DNA of 64,000 bases from Phoronis australis (GCA_002633005.1 NMRA01000256.1:282120-346119); one strand, 5' to 3'. Counted from the stretch's first letter, positions 27,801 through 42,800 are shown. Made by a program: numbers and translations. The notes: generated from the sequence alone by a model not told the origin.

Positions 27801-30800
27801 ACACCATAATAAGTCTTCTGTCTACAAGCATTGTAGCAGGCAAACAAAATTACAAGTTGACACAGAAAACATTTTCAAGATTCAAATTTTGTCCAGTTTT
27901 TGTTTCCAGTGAAAAAGGGTGGATCTAACCATGGTAGACACACAGCATGCGGCTGCATTCACAACAAAAAGTGATATTCATACTTGTCCATGGAATCTAA
28001 AATTGAAGTTATTCCTGGGGTGTATTGTATGACTTAATTCAATGCTGTGTACAAAATTATTGTTATCAAGTGATAACATTAGCCACTAAGTGGCATCATT
28101 TGCAAACTAGCAACTAAAACATAATTTTTTTTCGGCCAAATGAAAGATAACACAATGATGATGAATGATGTCCTTTCAGAGACTTTCTTTAGGCGGTATG
28201 GACTGTGACCAAATCTCTAAGTAATCTGTTAGGTAAGTCTTAAATCTACCTTTCTCGCTGCAAGTCTCATATCTTGGTTGTATGCGTCCAAGTCTTTCAG
28301 AAGTATGGACATATCACTGGTTTCTTGTCCAGGCTAAGAACAAAGAGACAACATTTCCATCACAGAAATACTTACAATTGACTTCTGTATCCTAAATTAG
28401 GAAACGATCTTGAATGTGGAAGAGTTGGATCTGACTACAATAGCCAGGAGAATTTCCTTACAGACGTAAACAGTTGGCAATAAGGGACCATATGCTTCAG
28501 CTGAACTTTGATAACTTGCTGGACAGTGAGTTATTAATAAGCATACTGAAGATACAATTGCCTCCTGACCACAGAGACACCTAGTGTCAGGGTAATTCAC
28601 CAATTTAGCACACCACCAGTTTGCACATTAAGCTTTCCTTGAACATTATTCTTATCATTAGTTTACTGTATTGGGCAATCCATACAGGCCCAACAATACT
28701 TAAGAAACACAGGAAAACACAATTTGATTACTAAAACATGTGTAAACTAGACTCTTTGTGCCATGTTGCGTCATCGCAAGAACAAAGAACAAAAGTCAAC
28801 AGTAGTTGTACAAAATAGTTATATGAACAGAAACGCGTATTAGAATTCAGTGAGTTGTCAGAGATGATCACAGCTATTAAGAAGTCATGATCACGACCTT
28901 CTGCAGTCTCACCACCTCCCCCCCTGTACCTGCATAATAAGCCGCAGTCGGTGGACATCAAGGTGTATACAGTCACAGGCAGCCAAGAACAATCTCATAC
29001 AGTCGGCCATGGTGGAGGTACTGTCCAGCGACTGACCAGCCAAGTGGACGCTATACAGGTGCTGCAATATAGGAGTGATCCAATGTGCACTTGATGCAAT
29101 TCATTTTCATTATCTGGTCTGACAGATCTCTTCCAACTCGCTCTCCCCTTTTTCAAATGTGGCTAGAGCATTGCAAACCTGGTAACATTGGAGCACAAAT
29201 CTCCTGATACCATTCAAAAATATCGGCAGGCTGTTTTATTTCATTTAAATATACCAAAACCAACACCTTCCTTCCTGTAGAATTTATCTTATTATACTTT
29301 AATGTGATTATCATTGAAACATTTTCCTCCTCAAACCTACAACACAACCCGTTTCCCCATATAATACCTGGCTTGCTGCATGCGACTAGATATTAATGTA
29401 GTTTACAGGTTCTCATTTTTATTACCTAATTGCGAACAGAATGCTGTTCACAAAATGGGGATGTTTGTGGCACAAAGGTACCTCAGTCCTAGCATTTTTA
29501 CAGACACGACAACCTTATGCATTTTGAGCTCCTCAACAGCACTGTCATCCCTAGTGGATATACCTGGAAGTAGTGTATTGACTTGACCAGTGACTCAAGA
29601 GACACATTCTCATCAAGTTGATCCTTTCTCAGCAGTTCTATCAAGTGGTCAATCGACTTCTCCTGATGAGACAGCTCTGGCAACAGCGTGCCAATCTTCA
29701 TGAAGAGATCCGGGCTGCAGGTCTCCAAGGCACTGCATTACAAATGGATTGAGTTAGACAGCAAAGAGCAGAAACACAATCAGTAATGACAATTCACTGT
29801 ACTGTGATCACATAAAAAGTAATACGTTAAATTTTCTTGGAGGAATGTCAAAATTTGTCAGGTAAAGGGTGACTACATAAACATGGCGTCCTGAGGCTCA
29901 GTCATACATACTGCAATATGAGTCAGAGCTAATTTTAAGATTCATTTCCTGACACACATTCAGAGTGATTTATATTCAAGTTGTTCACTGGTCCAAGTGA
30001 TTCATGACACTTACCAGATATCAGAAATGAAATAATCGATGATTACTCCAAATTACTGCCTTTCTTAGCCTTTTCCATTGTACTTACTTTGATTCATAAA
30101 TTGTTCAAGTACACCNNNNNNNNNNNNNNNNNNNNNNNNNNNNNNNNNNNNNNNNNNNNNNNNNNNNNNNNNNNNNNNNNNNNNNNNNNNNNNNNNNNNN
30201 NNNNNNNNNNNNNNNNNNNNNNNNNNNNNNNNNNNNNNNNNNNNNNNNNNNNNNNNNNNNNNNNNNNNNNNNNNNNNNNNNNNNNGCTATTAAGAAGTCA
30301 TGATCACGACCTTCTGCAGTCTCACCACCTCCCCCCCTGTACCTGCATAATAAGCCGCAGTCGGTGGACATCAAGGTGTATACAGTCACAGGCAGCCAAG
30401 AACAATCTCATACAGTCGGCCATGGTGGAGGTACTGTCCAGCGACTGACCAGCCAAGTGGACGCTATACAGGTGCTGCAATATAGGAGTGATCCAATGTG
30501 CACTTGATGCAATTCATTTTCATTATCTGGTCTGACAGATCTCTTCCAACTCGCTCTCCCCTTTTTCAAATGTGGCTAGAGCATTGCAAACCTGGTAACA
30601 TTGGAGCACAAATCTCCTGATACCATTCAAAAATATCGGCAGGCTGTTTTATTTCATTTAAATATACCAAAACCAACACCTTCCTTCCTGTAGAATTTAT
30701 CTTATTATACTTTAATGTGATTATCATTGAAACATTTTCCTCCTCAAACCTACAACACAACCCGTTTCCCCATATAATACCTGGCTTGCTGCATGCGACT

Positions 30801-33800
30801 AGATATTAATGTAGTTTACAGGTTCTCATTTTTATTACCTAATTGCGAACAGAATGCTGTTCACAAAATGGGGATGTTTGTGGCACAAAGGTACCTCAGT
30901 CCTAGCATTGTTACAGACACGACAACCTTATACATTTTGAGCTCCTCAACAGCACTGTCATCCCTAGTGGATATACCTGGAAGTAGTGTATTGACTTGAC
31001 CAGTGACTCAAGAGACACGTTCTCATCAAGTTGATCCTTTCTCAGCAGTTCTATCAAGTGGTCAATCGACTTCTCCTGATGAGACAGCTCTGGCAACAGC
31101 GTGCCAATCTTCATGAAGAGATCCGGGCTGCAGGTCTCCAAGGCACTGCATAACAAATGGATTGAGATAGATAGCAAAGAGCAGAAACACAAACAGTAAT
31201 GACAATTCACAGTACTGTGATCACATAAAAAGTAATATGTTAAATTTTCTTATTTATTTATTTATTATTGTGATGTTTAAAATGAGGGTGGCCTCTTCAG
31301 TGATAGCACTGCTTTCCAAGAGGGCCCTTGGAGGAAAGTCAAAATTTGTCAGGTAAAGGGTGACTACATAAACATGGCGTCCTGAGGCTCAGTCATACAT
31401 ACTGCAATATGAGTCAGAGTTAATTTTAAGATTCATTTCCTGACCCACATTCAGAGTGATTTATATTCAAGTTGTTCACTGGTCCAAGTGATTCATGACA
31501 CTTACCAGATATCAGAAATGAAATAATCGATGATTACTCCAAATTACTGCCTTTCTTAGCCTTTTCCATTGTACTTACTTTGATTCCTAAATTGTTCAAG
31601 TACACCTGATTTTGATTTTAACTACTGTAGACAACACCTGCTGTTCATGTTATATAGGTCAACCTGCCTATTCAATGCACCTCACTTGACAAGGCATGTA
31701 GGTCATCCTGCCAATAGGCCTTTTGCGAGTTTATAACAATAACGCGAGATTATGTGAGACTTAACTGTGACGTCACGGGAAGTGGGGCAAAAGCTTGTCG
31801 TTTGGTCATTTGCCCAATACGGTAGCAGAGTGTATTCTGTTATTGCCTTCGAGTTTTTAGCCGTTTAGTTCGAAAAATGTCCAAAAGCATTGCTGTTATG
31901 GCAAATGAACTTCAGATTCGCACTACAATACGTTCTATCGCGTTCTGTACTAATTTCGTCCCGTGTATTTTAAACGGGCGGTAGGCGAAATCCGCTCACT
32001 GGTAAAGTTTTCACCTCGTCGAAAATACATTCTACACCTAAAATTAGCACCTAAAAGGCTCTTACTTTCTTCAGTGACTCTTTCTGCTTCTAAGCATATC
32101 TTCGATGAAGCATATATACGGGAATTCAGGTGACTTAGGCGAAGAATTCCAACTCCACTTTGTGGTTACTGTTAACTTTGTCCGCGCGCGCGATTACCAC
32201 AATCAAGTATTTCAACTGAGTCAGGTGAGTATGAGGCAAAGGCTAGCGCGAGACTGAGCGAAGCGCGAGATCTGGCGCGTGACCTGGCGCGTGACACTTG
32301 CAAAATAGCATGAGAAAATATCAAGTGAAATTTGTAAGATTTGTGTCCCTTGGACTTTTTGTTCGTCAACAGGCGTGATTTCACGTAACTTCCTCAAAAT
32401 GGCGGCTCTTTAGTGAGAGAAACTCGAGAGAACCGCGAGGTTTTCATGAATATGCTCAAGTTATTTGTAGACTAAATTGTGTCCAGAGTCAGGGTATGTG
32501 TTAATTATAACTTCATGTGCACATATGCATGTTTCATTTGATTTTATTTGCTGTATTTTGAAGTGAATATCTTTTTACGGGGTTACACTATCGCCCCTGT
32601 ATGCCTGCGCCATTCAGGCCTAGAGCGGGTTAAGTTCCTATTTCTGTCCGTTCACAGCTTCGCACAACATAACAAGTTCACATTTTCTTCGTCCATTCAC
32701 AGTTATTCCACGACCCATCTACCATATCTTAAGTTGTTTTAACGTTTTAAGCGTAAAATTCACCATAAGAACTCCAGTAAGTTTTAGCGTGTGTAGCAAA
32801 GTCTCGGGGCAAAACAAGAGCAATATAGCGGGTTTTGCCCCCTTTCCGGTGACGTCGCAGTGACTAACGAGAAACTCGCAAGTGAGCTATTGAGTGGTGA
32901 AACTTCAAGCTATTCACAGATGGGGTGCATGGTCGCTGAGCCACTAACAATTCTACTCAGTTTCCCATTTCCACCATTCTTTGCAACTGCTGGTGGAAGA
33001 AAAGTTTCAAGACAGGGCATCAATGAAAAATAAGTGGATTATAAGTAATATCCATGAAATGAGTGAGGAGTTGTTTTTGGGATTATCATCCTTGCTGGCT
33101 CAATCTAGGCACATTTGGTTATCTGAGGTAATGTGTTTGAAGCATAAGTGAAGACATTAAAATGCTTCAGGAAAGAGGTGAGCCATTCTGTACACTTTAA
33201 GGGGAGGTAATGACGAACCTGACCACCACGACAGCATGCTTTAACATCAAAATATTACTTAGCATGGTACCCCCCAATGGACATCCAGCTCACCTTTGGT
33301 ACTTGGCCAGAATGGTCTGCAAGAGGGTCAGAAGGTGAACCAGTGCACTGCCGAAACTGAATTGATCAGCTTGGACACTGGCCAGTACCTGTTCCTTGAC
33401 CAGCTGCTCAGGACACTCAAACTGAAATTGGACACACGTCAGTCAGTTACACTGTACTGTACAAGAGCAACGCGGAGCATTAAAATGTGCCCACGAATGT
33501 ATCACAAATGGTATGCTTTTAGGGTCATTTACTTGTATCATAAAAATGGCCACTAGATGGCACAAAAACATACAATCCATCCAAAAATGGGAACATGCCA
33601 TATTTCATAAAAATCTGTCAAGGAACTTCAGAGAAACAAAGGAAAACAGAACAAAATGAAATTGCCATTTGTGGGCACAGCGTCCATTCCATCCACCTGA
33701 AAGTCGTTGTCTGTTATTTTCATATAAATTCACTTACTAAATTTAATAAAGATCCTACAGTGGGTTTTGGAGATACAGCTATGGGCACATAACAAAACAT

Positions 33801-36800
33801 AACTACCACTAAGAGGCGCCACAGTAGTCAGTCACAATCATCAAACGTCCTCTTCACAATGGAAACATGTATGCCAATTTTCAAAACCATCCCTAGAAAG
33901 ATTTGGTTGATCGAGGGGTGGACGCCAAACACAAGATTTGAAAACACCAAAAATGGCCACCAGGTAATGCAAAATACCTCAATTCCATCCAAAAACAGGA
34001 TGATAGCGTCATCTCACCAATAGATGCCTATATTCAAAATTTTATGAGAATCTGTTGAGGACCTTGGAAGATACAGACTGGTAAACTTAAAAAACTAAAA
34101 TTGCCACTAGGGGGCACACCAGAAGTCAGATCCGTCCGAAAGTCGTCGTTGTCCATTGTCAACGTCACATAAATACACTTGCTAAATTAAGTAAAGATCC
34201 TGCAAACGGTTTAATAGATACAGCCATGAGCGCAAAAAACAAAACTGCCACTAAGAGGCGCCACAGTAGTCGAACTCGTCGGAAAATCGTCGTCAGCCGT
34301 CCACTTCATAGTAAATACATGCAAATTTTCACACATTTGGTTGATAGACGAGTGGACGCCAAAAAAACTCGAAAGCAGTAAAAATGGCCACTAGGTGGCG
34401 CAAACTAGGTCGAATCCATCTGAAAACAGAGAAATACTGTCACCTCATTAACAGATGACTATAAGCCAAATTTTATGAAAATGCATTAAGGACCTTTGAA
34501 CATACAGAAATAAACGTAAAAAAAATAAAATTGCCACTAGGTGGCACACCAGTAGTCGGATACGTATGAAAGTCGTCGTCCTCCACTGCCAACATCATAT
34601 AAATACACCAACTAAATTTAATAATGATCCTGCGAACGGTTAAGGGGATACAGCCATAGGCGCTAAAAAAACAAAACTGCCACTAGGAGGTGCCACAGCA
34701 GTCGAAATCGTCGGAAAATCATCGTCAGTCGTCAACTTTATAGTAAAAAGTTAACATACATGCCAATTTTCACAATCATCCTTTGAGCGGTTTGGTTGAT
34801 AGAGGGGTGGACACAAAAAACAGACTCGCACACAGTAAAAATGGCCACTAGGAGGCAAAAACCACATCAAATCCATCTGAAAACGGGACGATAGCGTCAT
34901 CTCACTAATAGGTGCCTATATACCAAATTTTATGAAAATCCATTCAGGACTTTTGAAGATACAGAGGTAAACGTAAAAAACTAAAATTGCCACTGGGGGG
35001 CACACCAGTAGTCAGATCCGTCCGAAAGTTTACTCATGCCGTCCCATCCACGGAAGAAACACATGTGCAAAATTTCATGAACATACGTCAGGGCGTTTTG
35101 GAGGTAGAGCAGCGGATGCCGGACGAATGGACGAAGATGACGGCATAATGAGTCCACATGTAAATATGTGGGAGCATAAAAAAAGGTAAGCTTAGTCCTT
35201 ATTTTTTCATTGCCAATGTACTTTAACTGACAATCTTAGTTCAATCCAAGAATATTTTGTCCAACAGATGACGATCGGGCATGAAGGATAACTGGGGGAT
35301 GGCTCTAAGCAGCTGACATATGACTCACTTCATTAGGTGACAAGCTGTCGCCTTATGTCCAACAAACATTCGGGTGCTGTCTTTTTGTCGGCCGTTCGGC
35401 AAAGCATTTTGTGAACTGTACTCTAGTTGCCATTCCAATCATGTCACAAATCTTAGCGTATATACAAGACACGACTTTCATGTCAGAAAGTTTACAATAA
35501 ATTATTGGTTTTTATATTCATCACACACTACCAACTGTTTGCAGCCCCATGATACCTTAGTCTTGACTTGTGCAGCCAATAAGCTAGCCTTCTGCATCAG
35601 CCGTGGTATGAAGAGCAACACACAGAGGGCGTCGTGATCACTGCCACGTCGCATAAAGAAGTCGGGCATGTAGAGACACATCATAGTCACGTGCTGGTTG
35701 GCTTGCTCTGCCTCCAGCTGTCGCAAGTCCATATCGATGGCCTACAGGGAAGACAATTAAGGAATACTTAAAGAGCACGAGGCAGTGGGGTTGTTGAAAG
35801 TGATGGTGACAATTAGGATGGCAGACGACATTCGATTGACAAATGATGGGGATCGTTATGGTGTACTGTCATGACAAGATAATGATGATGATGATGATGG
35901 TGTTAATAAAATGCTAATTATGGACATTTTAGTGATGACTATTAAGCTACTGACTGAGATGATGTTGACAGATGACGTTGAAGAATACAGAATATGGTTG
36001 TGCTGGAGATGATGACAATGATGATTGATGATGGAGAACACGATGAGAAAGATGATGATGGTCTTGATGCTGAGCATGACAAACACATCACATACAATAA
36101 CATTCATCAAAGTAGCAATGACATTAAAGTCGACATTCTCATTATGAATAGTGACAATAATTTTAAAGTTATGTAGGACCATATCGACAAGTCTGTATTT
36201 AGCCAAATATTAACATTTATTTTATGAAAGTAGACAGCCTACAGAATTTGATTTTGAACTCGATACCAGTTTTCCATTAATTGGGTCACGTGACAATGTG
36301 TTTTCAATAAAATTTAGCAAAGAAAATTTAAGGTACATTTTGTAGCAAAACAACAGTAGCATGCCCAAATTTCATTTAAATGTTCAAGAGGAAATCTCAA
36401 AAAACGTAGGTACAGTTTTCTAAATTTATTATTATAATTATGTATTATTTCGTTATTATTTTATGCAGATTTTGAATTTTTCATAAAAAATAAAAGTCCT
36501 ATTTTTGATGACCCCTCGTGCAAAAGTGGAACATTTAGGAAGCAATTCCTAAAAGCAATTTGGAGCATTGTGCTTAGTGCATAGTGTCTGAATGTTTCAG
36601 CTGTTTCTGAGACATAATGTACCAAAGTAAGCCACATTCGGACTATCTTCTAGAGTCCTACATAACATTAACTAACAGCAATTTCCAATAAGTAGCATAT
36701 CACGACAGAAAAATATCTACCAAGAGTGAGTCAACAAGAAGTGTTATTTCATGACATTCAGTCAACAAAGTAACGTAATCCTCTTTCAGTGTCTTACATA

Positions 36801-39800
36801 ACCCTCATCCCCGTAACACAAGAATATCGAATAATTTCAGTCTAAAGTTAACATACTTTTGCATGAGCTTTGGTTTCGGCAAACTTGGCTTTGAAGTCAA
36901 ACTCAATGCTGGGTGTAGCCACCTTGGTGGATTCCGTCTCTGCCTGGCTACGAAGCTCTCTGTTCGTTTCCTACAAAAACCATGGTGGAGGTCAGGTGTC
37001 ATGTTTTCTTGCATCTAATTGCAGCAACTGTTCAGTTCTAATGTTGTGTCGTTTTTGGGGTTCATAGGAAGTACTTTTGGCATGTTTAACAATCTCAGAC
37101 TTATTTTACGTGAAGGCACTGGCATACTAAGGTAGTTCTCAGTGTGTCGATAATAGAGGGAAAATGAGTGAGAAATGATGCAGCATACAATGCGAAACAA
37201 CTCCATAAATAGTGTCGCATTCCAAACATGCTTTGGTCAAAGTTGATTATCTTTTATCTCAGTCCCCAGCTCATTTCATCAAGTTGTTGAGACATGTTTG
37301 AATATTTTGTCAACTGGTACTGTGCGACACAATTAAATTATGGACTTCAAAAGCATGTGCAATGCAACTCCAACATTTAACAGGCAGCCCACCCTTTAAT
37401 GTCAAAGACAAACAAGAGCAAAACAGGAAAATAGTGGATTGCCTCACCTGCAACTGACTAACTAGTTCCCTGAACTTTGTGATGGTTGTCTGGTAGTCAG
37501 CAATGGTCACTTGCATGGCTTCAAGTTTCTTCTCAGCCTAGGTTGAACACATGGAAGTCACATTTGAAACAAAAGTTTGGAAAAATTAGAATGACATCAT
37601 TCGTTCAATTCAGAAACCAATCCATGAGACAAATTTGCAAAAAGTTCTCCCAAGAATTAAACCCTCGCACTCTAAGCATTGAAGATACATGTACAAACTA
37701 TTGACCTTCACAAAACTCATGGACAAGCGAATAAGCCATGCTCACTACTCCTGGCTCTCCCACCATCCCAGTTGCTAACCACACTCAACCGATCCACCAT
37801 AGAAGGAACACACTACAAACCAGATCATGTCAGCGATGTCGCATGCCAGTTAACTTCAGTTTGATAAAGACCATCACTCAGGACAGGATAGTCAAAATGT
37901 TAACAATGGTGCATAAATTACTCGAGTGTGGTCTGATACATGTTGCATCAGTCATACGCAGGCCGCTCAGCTGGGCCACTGCACCAAACATCTGAAATCA
38001 TTTTCATTTTATTAATATATACATAACCATAAACACAAATTAAGACCAGGAGCTAGAGATCAAACTCATGGGTCTAGTAGTGGGGTCCAGTGAGATTTGA
38101 ACTAACTAGCCTGTGAATGGGAAGCAGACAGTCAACCCACAAGGTCACACTGCCCCCCCCTCAGTGGGGTCCAGTGAGATTTGAACCAACTAGCCTGTGA
38201 ATGGGAAGCAGACAGTCAACCCACAAGGTCACACTGCCCCCCCTCAGTGGGGTCCAGTGAGATTTGAACCAACTAGCCTGTGAATGGGAAGCAGACACTC
38301 AACCCACTAGGCCACACAGCCTCCCACCCACTGAGCTGTAACTACACTCCCTCTCCATACGCACCTCATGAGCACGTGAGTTAGCCATGTCAACTTCCTC
38401 TCTCAACTCCAACTCCTGTTCCCTAGTGTTCTCTTGCAACTCCTCATTCATCTCACATAAAGACTCCTGTAATGGTAAATACTTGTCAGATCACTCTTGC
38501 TCCACAACATGCTGTGATTCTAGCCGTATGAGAGTTGTTTGTTTGATGTGACTCCAGATGGCGCAATGTATGAACTTAAAAAGTTCTTCATAGTAAGAAG
38601 TCATAAACAAGCCTTTTCAGAGGGTAAAATATCCAATCAAAGAACCATTCACAAAGAACACAAGAGTCACTAATTAAGGAATGTTAATCAGACCTCGTTC
38701 AAGTTGCATCTAAGGGAACTTATTGTTCATATTTCTGTACAACGTAGTTCTACTGACCTACTTTTTAAAATACTTATTAACAATATTTTACCTGTACTCA
38801 ACTGATGATAATTTTGGTCAATAAAACCTAACATTTTTTTGTAACTGTGTTCATTTTAGAATTATTAAGGCATCAAATTGAAAGATGCCAACTTTGCAAT
38901 CAGCAATAAATGGGCAGCAAAAAATACCATAAACGATTTTATCACTCAAATTGAGATTGTTGAAAAACTATTCCCGACCGATAACATTTTGAAGATTGTT
39001 CAATACAGTCTAATCAAACAGCCTACTATTTTCACAAATAAACATGTGTCATAATCTAAAAAGGAAAATTAAATCAAATGCAAAAATACATAATACATAT
39101 AAAAGATTCGATATTCCAGAGGCAGAAAGTAGAAATGCCACAATAACTCTAAATTTCATTCCTCTCTTCAACATTCCATCAAAATCCAGCCATGACTTTT
39201 TTGCCGTAAATTGTGCACAACCCAAAGATGCACACAAAAACAGAAATATAACCAACTCACAACTATTTCTTAGGGGAGGCAACAATAAGATAGTACATCA
39301 TGATCAAGAAACCATTTGCATTTAATTAATTATTCAACGACAGAAAGTCAAGACTGTAATTACCAAATCTTGTTTCTCTTCCTCAACTTCTCTCAGACGT
39401 TCCTCGAGTTCCAAGTTTTTCTCCGTCAATGTTTCAACCATTTCCTCGGCACCCAGAGCAGCATCAACCTGTGCAATAAAGGAGCAATCAAGCAATAAAG
39501 GAACAATTTTATAATTAAGGAACAATCATGCAAAAAAGGAACAGCTACTTAAAAATGCACTGCTTTTTCTACGGGTTGTAGTACTCATTACTACAGTGTA
39601 CACAAGTTAAGATAAATGACTGTCAACCAAAAATTTTGAAGCAAGAGTGTTATGTTTGAATGACTACTGAGCAGCGGTGTCATAAGATATCGTCTTCTAA
39701 GATGCGAGATAAAAAACAATGACCTTACAAGAGCTACCTTACTGTCATTGCATATTTTCAGTGGTAAAGAAAGAAAAAGGCAAACTGTGAGCCACAAATG

Positions 39801-42800
39801 CAAGTCCAGTTTTTCCCAAATTAGTTTCTATAATTCATCCCACAACATCTTGGCAAAATTTGCTCATTTTGAAAATATGAATTGCGACAAAGTTAAATCT
39901 ACTAAGCTGCTATCAACCTGCCTTCCCCACAAAACACAATTATGAAAATTGAGGGGCGGGGTAATTTTGTGCATCGAACATGGTCTCAAACAATAACTCA
40001 AAATCAGTTGGTACTATGTCCACAAACCACTTCTCACCTGAGTAAGGAACAAGGTGAGAACACTTTTACAGCGGTCTAAATCGAAAGTTGGTTTCTTTGA
40101 CAGGATGCAGGTTTATAGAACCTAAATAGTAGATACCTGTTCTTGCAGTTCAATGATCTGGTTCTGCAGTTCATCATTTTCTGCCACCGCTCGCTCCTTG
40201 GCGCTGCTCGCCTGGCTGTGCTCCGTTGTTTTCTTCTCCAGTTGCTTCTTCAATGATTGGTTCTCCTGCTTCTCAGCATTGTTCATGTCACGTAGCCTGG
40301 AGAACAGGGGAGGTAATTATACAACAGGGGAGATTGGCACAAGACTGGAGGAAAATCTGATTAGGTGGCAGTAGTCCAGACTGATTACTGACCTATCAGA
40401 ACAATAAAAAACATGACATGATTGGCTGAAAGGAGTTAATCATAATACTTGGGTTCAGAATAACAGAACAAAGTTTTTCAGAGGTTTTAAACGCTAAAGC
40501 AAGGCATACTGATGAACAGAAAAAGTTTAACAAAATCTAACCACAAGAAATAGACTAAAAACGAAGTCATTTCAGGTAGTTATCAGCTGTGTTTTAACAA
40601 GTGCTCACTTGACAAGCGCCTCCTTCAGTCGTTCAGTCTGTTGTTCTAGTTGCTTGACCTGAAATGTGGTGGCAGCACCATCTGTACCTAAAATGAACAT
40701 AGTTATCTTTGTCACCCGATGTCACTGCTTGAAAATTTAAAGAAATGGCTCTCAAGTAATTGCCATTTTTGTAAAAACAAAAAAAAATGACTACTACTAC
40801 AAAAACAGGTTGAGAAGGATGCAGTGACATGACTCTTACTCTGGAAAGACCTCTAAATATAAATATCCATGACTAGTATGTATAAACACTACGACAGGAG
40901 AGGGTATCATGTGACCAGACTCCCAAACACTTGGGGCTGAACCTAGACATATATGCCAAAACTCTATTAAAGCATTATGTCCAGGGGTCAAGTTCTGACC
41001 TTGATTTAATGAGACTCGCGGCCAAATGAACAGAGTCTAGAAACTGGATTGTTTCTGTGTCATATAAATGTGTGCAGGTATGATTACCAACATTTCTTCA
41101 GTTTGGGACACAAGTGAAATTTCATTTTGATTGATTTCTCAACAAAAATAAATTTTTAACAAATTCTACTTCGGTTTTAGTTTGGTTAATACAGTAATGC
41201 TGTCACCGGCTCGAAGCATTCAAATTTTTTTTTGAACAGTTCTAGTTATTAAGTCTTCGAAAACTACGAAAATGTCAAATTTTTGCAAAAGTTTCATCCC
41301 AAATTGAAGAATTTTTACCAAAGTCCTCTACAACATGTACAATGAGCACAAAACCATCAACTATAAGTAGTTAAACCCAATTCTTACCAGATTCGCTGAT
41401 CTCAGCCCTCAGCAGTTCCAGGTCAGTTGACAGCTCTTCGTTTCTCTCTTTCAAAGTCTCTATCTCTAGCTGTAATGTCTCGGCCTGCAAACACCCATGA
41501 ATCAGATTATGAGCAAAGCTTAACACTGACTTCATAGAAACTGAATGATTCATTCCAGTTTCCCACCCAAAATGTTGTCCATGGTGTATTAAGAATATAA
41601 CATTTCACAAGAGGTTTCCATGAATTTGAACAATATTTTAATTGTCCACCATTTTCCAGGTTTGCAGGTTTAGTGTGATGAGTGGCCACTGTTTTGATTG
41701 TTGCAGTTATCAGTTGGCAAGTAAGTTAAAACCTGAAGCTGCAATTCATTTTGGTTAGGTGGCTAAACAAAAGAAAATGAAATTAGGCCTTTTACTCCTA
41801 TAAATTCCATTTCTGTTACCAACAAAAACAACAAAACCCAACAGTGGTAGACCAACCCTAAAATTGCAAATTTGAAAATAGTTCTTGTACACATTGCCTC
41901 TGACTTGAAAGTTGGTAAAAATAAATGGAAATGGTATGGAACATTTACAAGACCTGTTTTATGAAAATAAAATGACTAATTAATTTTTCATTAGCCAACT
42001 AAATAGGGCAAGATATAGTTTAGCTAGTAACATTTATCTCCCCCAATGACCTTTGCACCCGTAACCTCCCACCAGGTCAATACTAGGTCAATGTGACCCC
42101 TAAAAGTTATCCTACCTTCTCCTCTGCCATTTCCTTGTCCAGCGTGGCTATTTCCACAGTTTCAGACACCTCGGCCATTTCATCTTTGTATTGGTCAAAT
42201 TGTTCTTTGACGTCTTTAGTTTCCTAAAGCACAATTCAACAAACAGCATGTAATACACTGAACATACTACTGACCACGTCATTCATCAACAGAGCCCAGG
42301 GTCTGTTTTTTTTTACTCGAAATTGAACTCGAAATTATTTTTGGCATTTGCACCATAGACTCTTGCCTCTACTACAGTGACCCATATACAGTCAATACAC
42401 CCACCTTCTTAGCCTGCATTAGCTGCTGTTGAAGCTCTTTCATAGACTCCTGTGTACGGGTCTTGTACTCTTGCAGCTGTTGCAGTTGAATCTTCACTTT
42501 CTCAAACTCCTTCAGCTTCGCCTTGTCTTCTTGACGCTTCAGCTAGAAATACATAACAACTGATGTTAGTTATAAACTTAATTAGTTGCTATTTAGTCAA
42601 TTCAGTGTTAAACTATCAACAAGCAATAGCTCCGGTGTCTGGTATTGCCTGCAAATTAACTATATTTAAATATATTTCAATATGTCAAAAGAACAACTTA
42701 CACTAAACAGTTTACCAATACCAATTAGAAAAAGAGAAAATCCGAGGAAGTAAGCAAACATACAGTCCGATAATTTGACGAGAATTAGCCGAAAGCTGAA

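Larger units (their letters stand above)
28873..31606. repeat. ~1.24-kb duplication flanking a 170-N gap (28873-30115 vs 30286-31606); probable uncollapsed haplotypes
   Basis: Copies are near-identical and abut the gap; copy B carries a 78-bp insertion. Confidence 0.88.

Noticed and set aside
30089-30448. ORFs running through N gaps (also 57864-58163)
   Set aside because: Open only because of undetermined bases.
33548-35005. CRISPR-like regularly spaced repeats
   Set aside because: Eukaryotic intron, the inter-motif sequences are themselves repeated, and there are no cas genes.
38079-38330. Functional tRNA genes
   Set aside because: Acceptor and anticodon stems do not pair convincingly; more like SINE-derived units.
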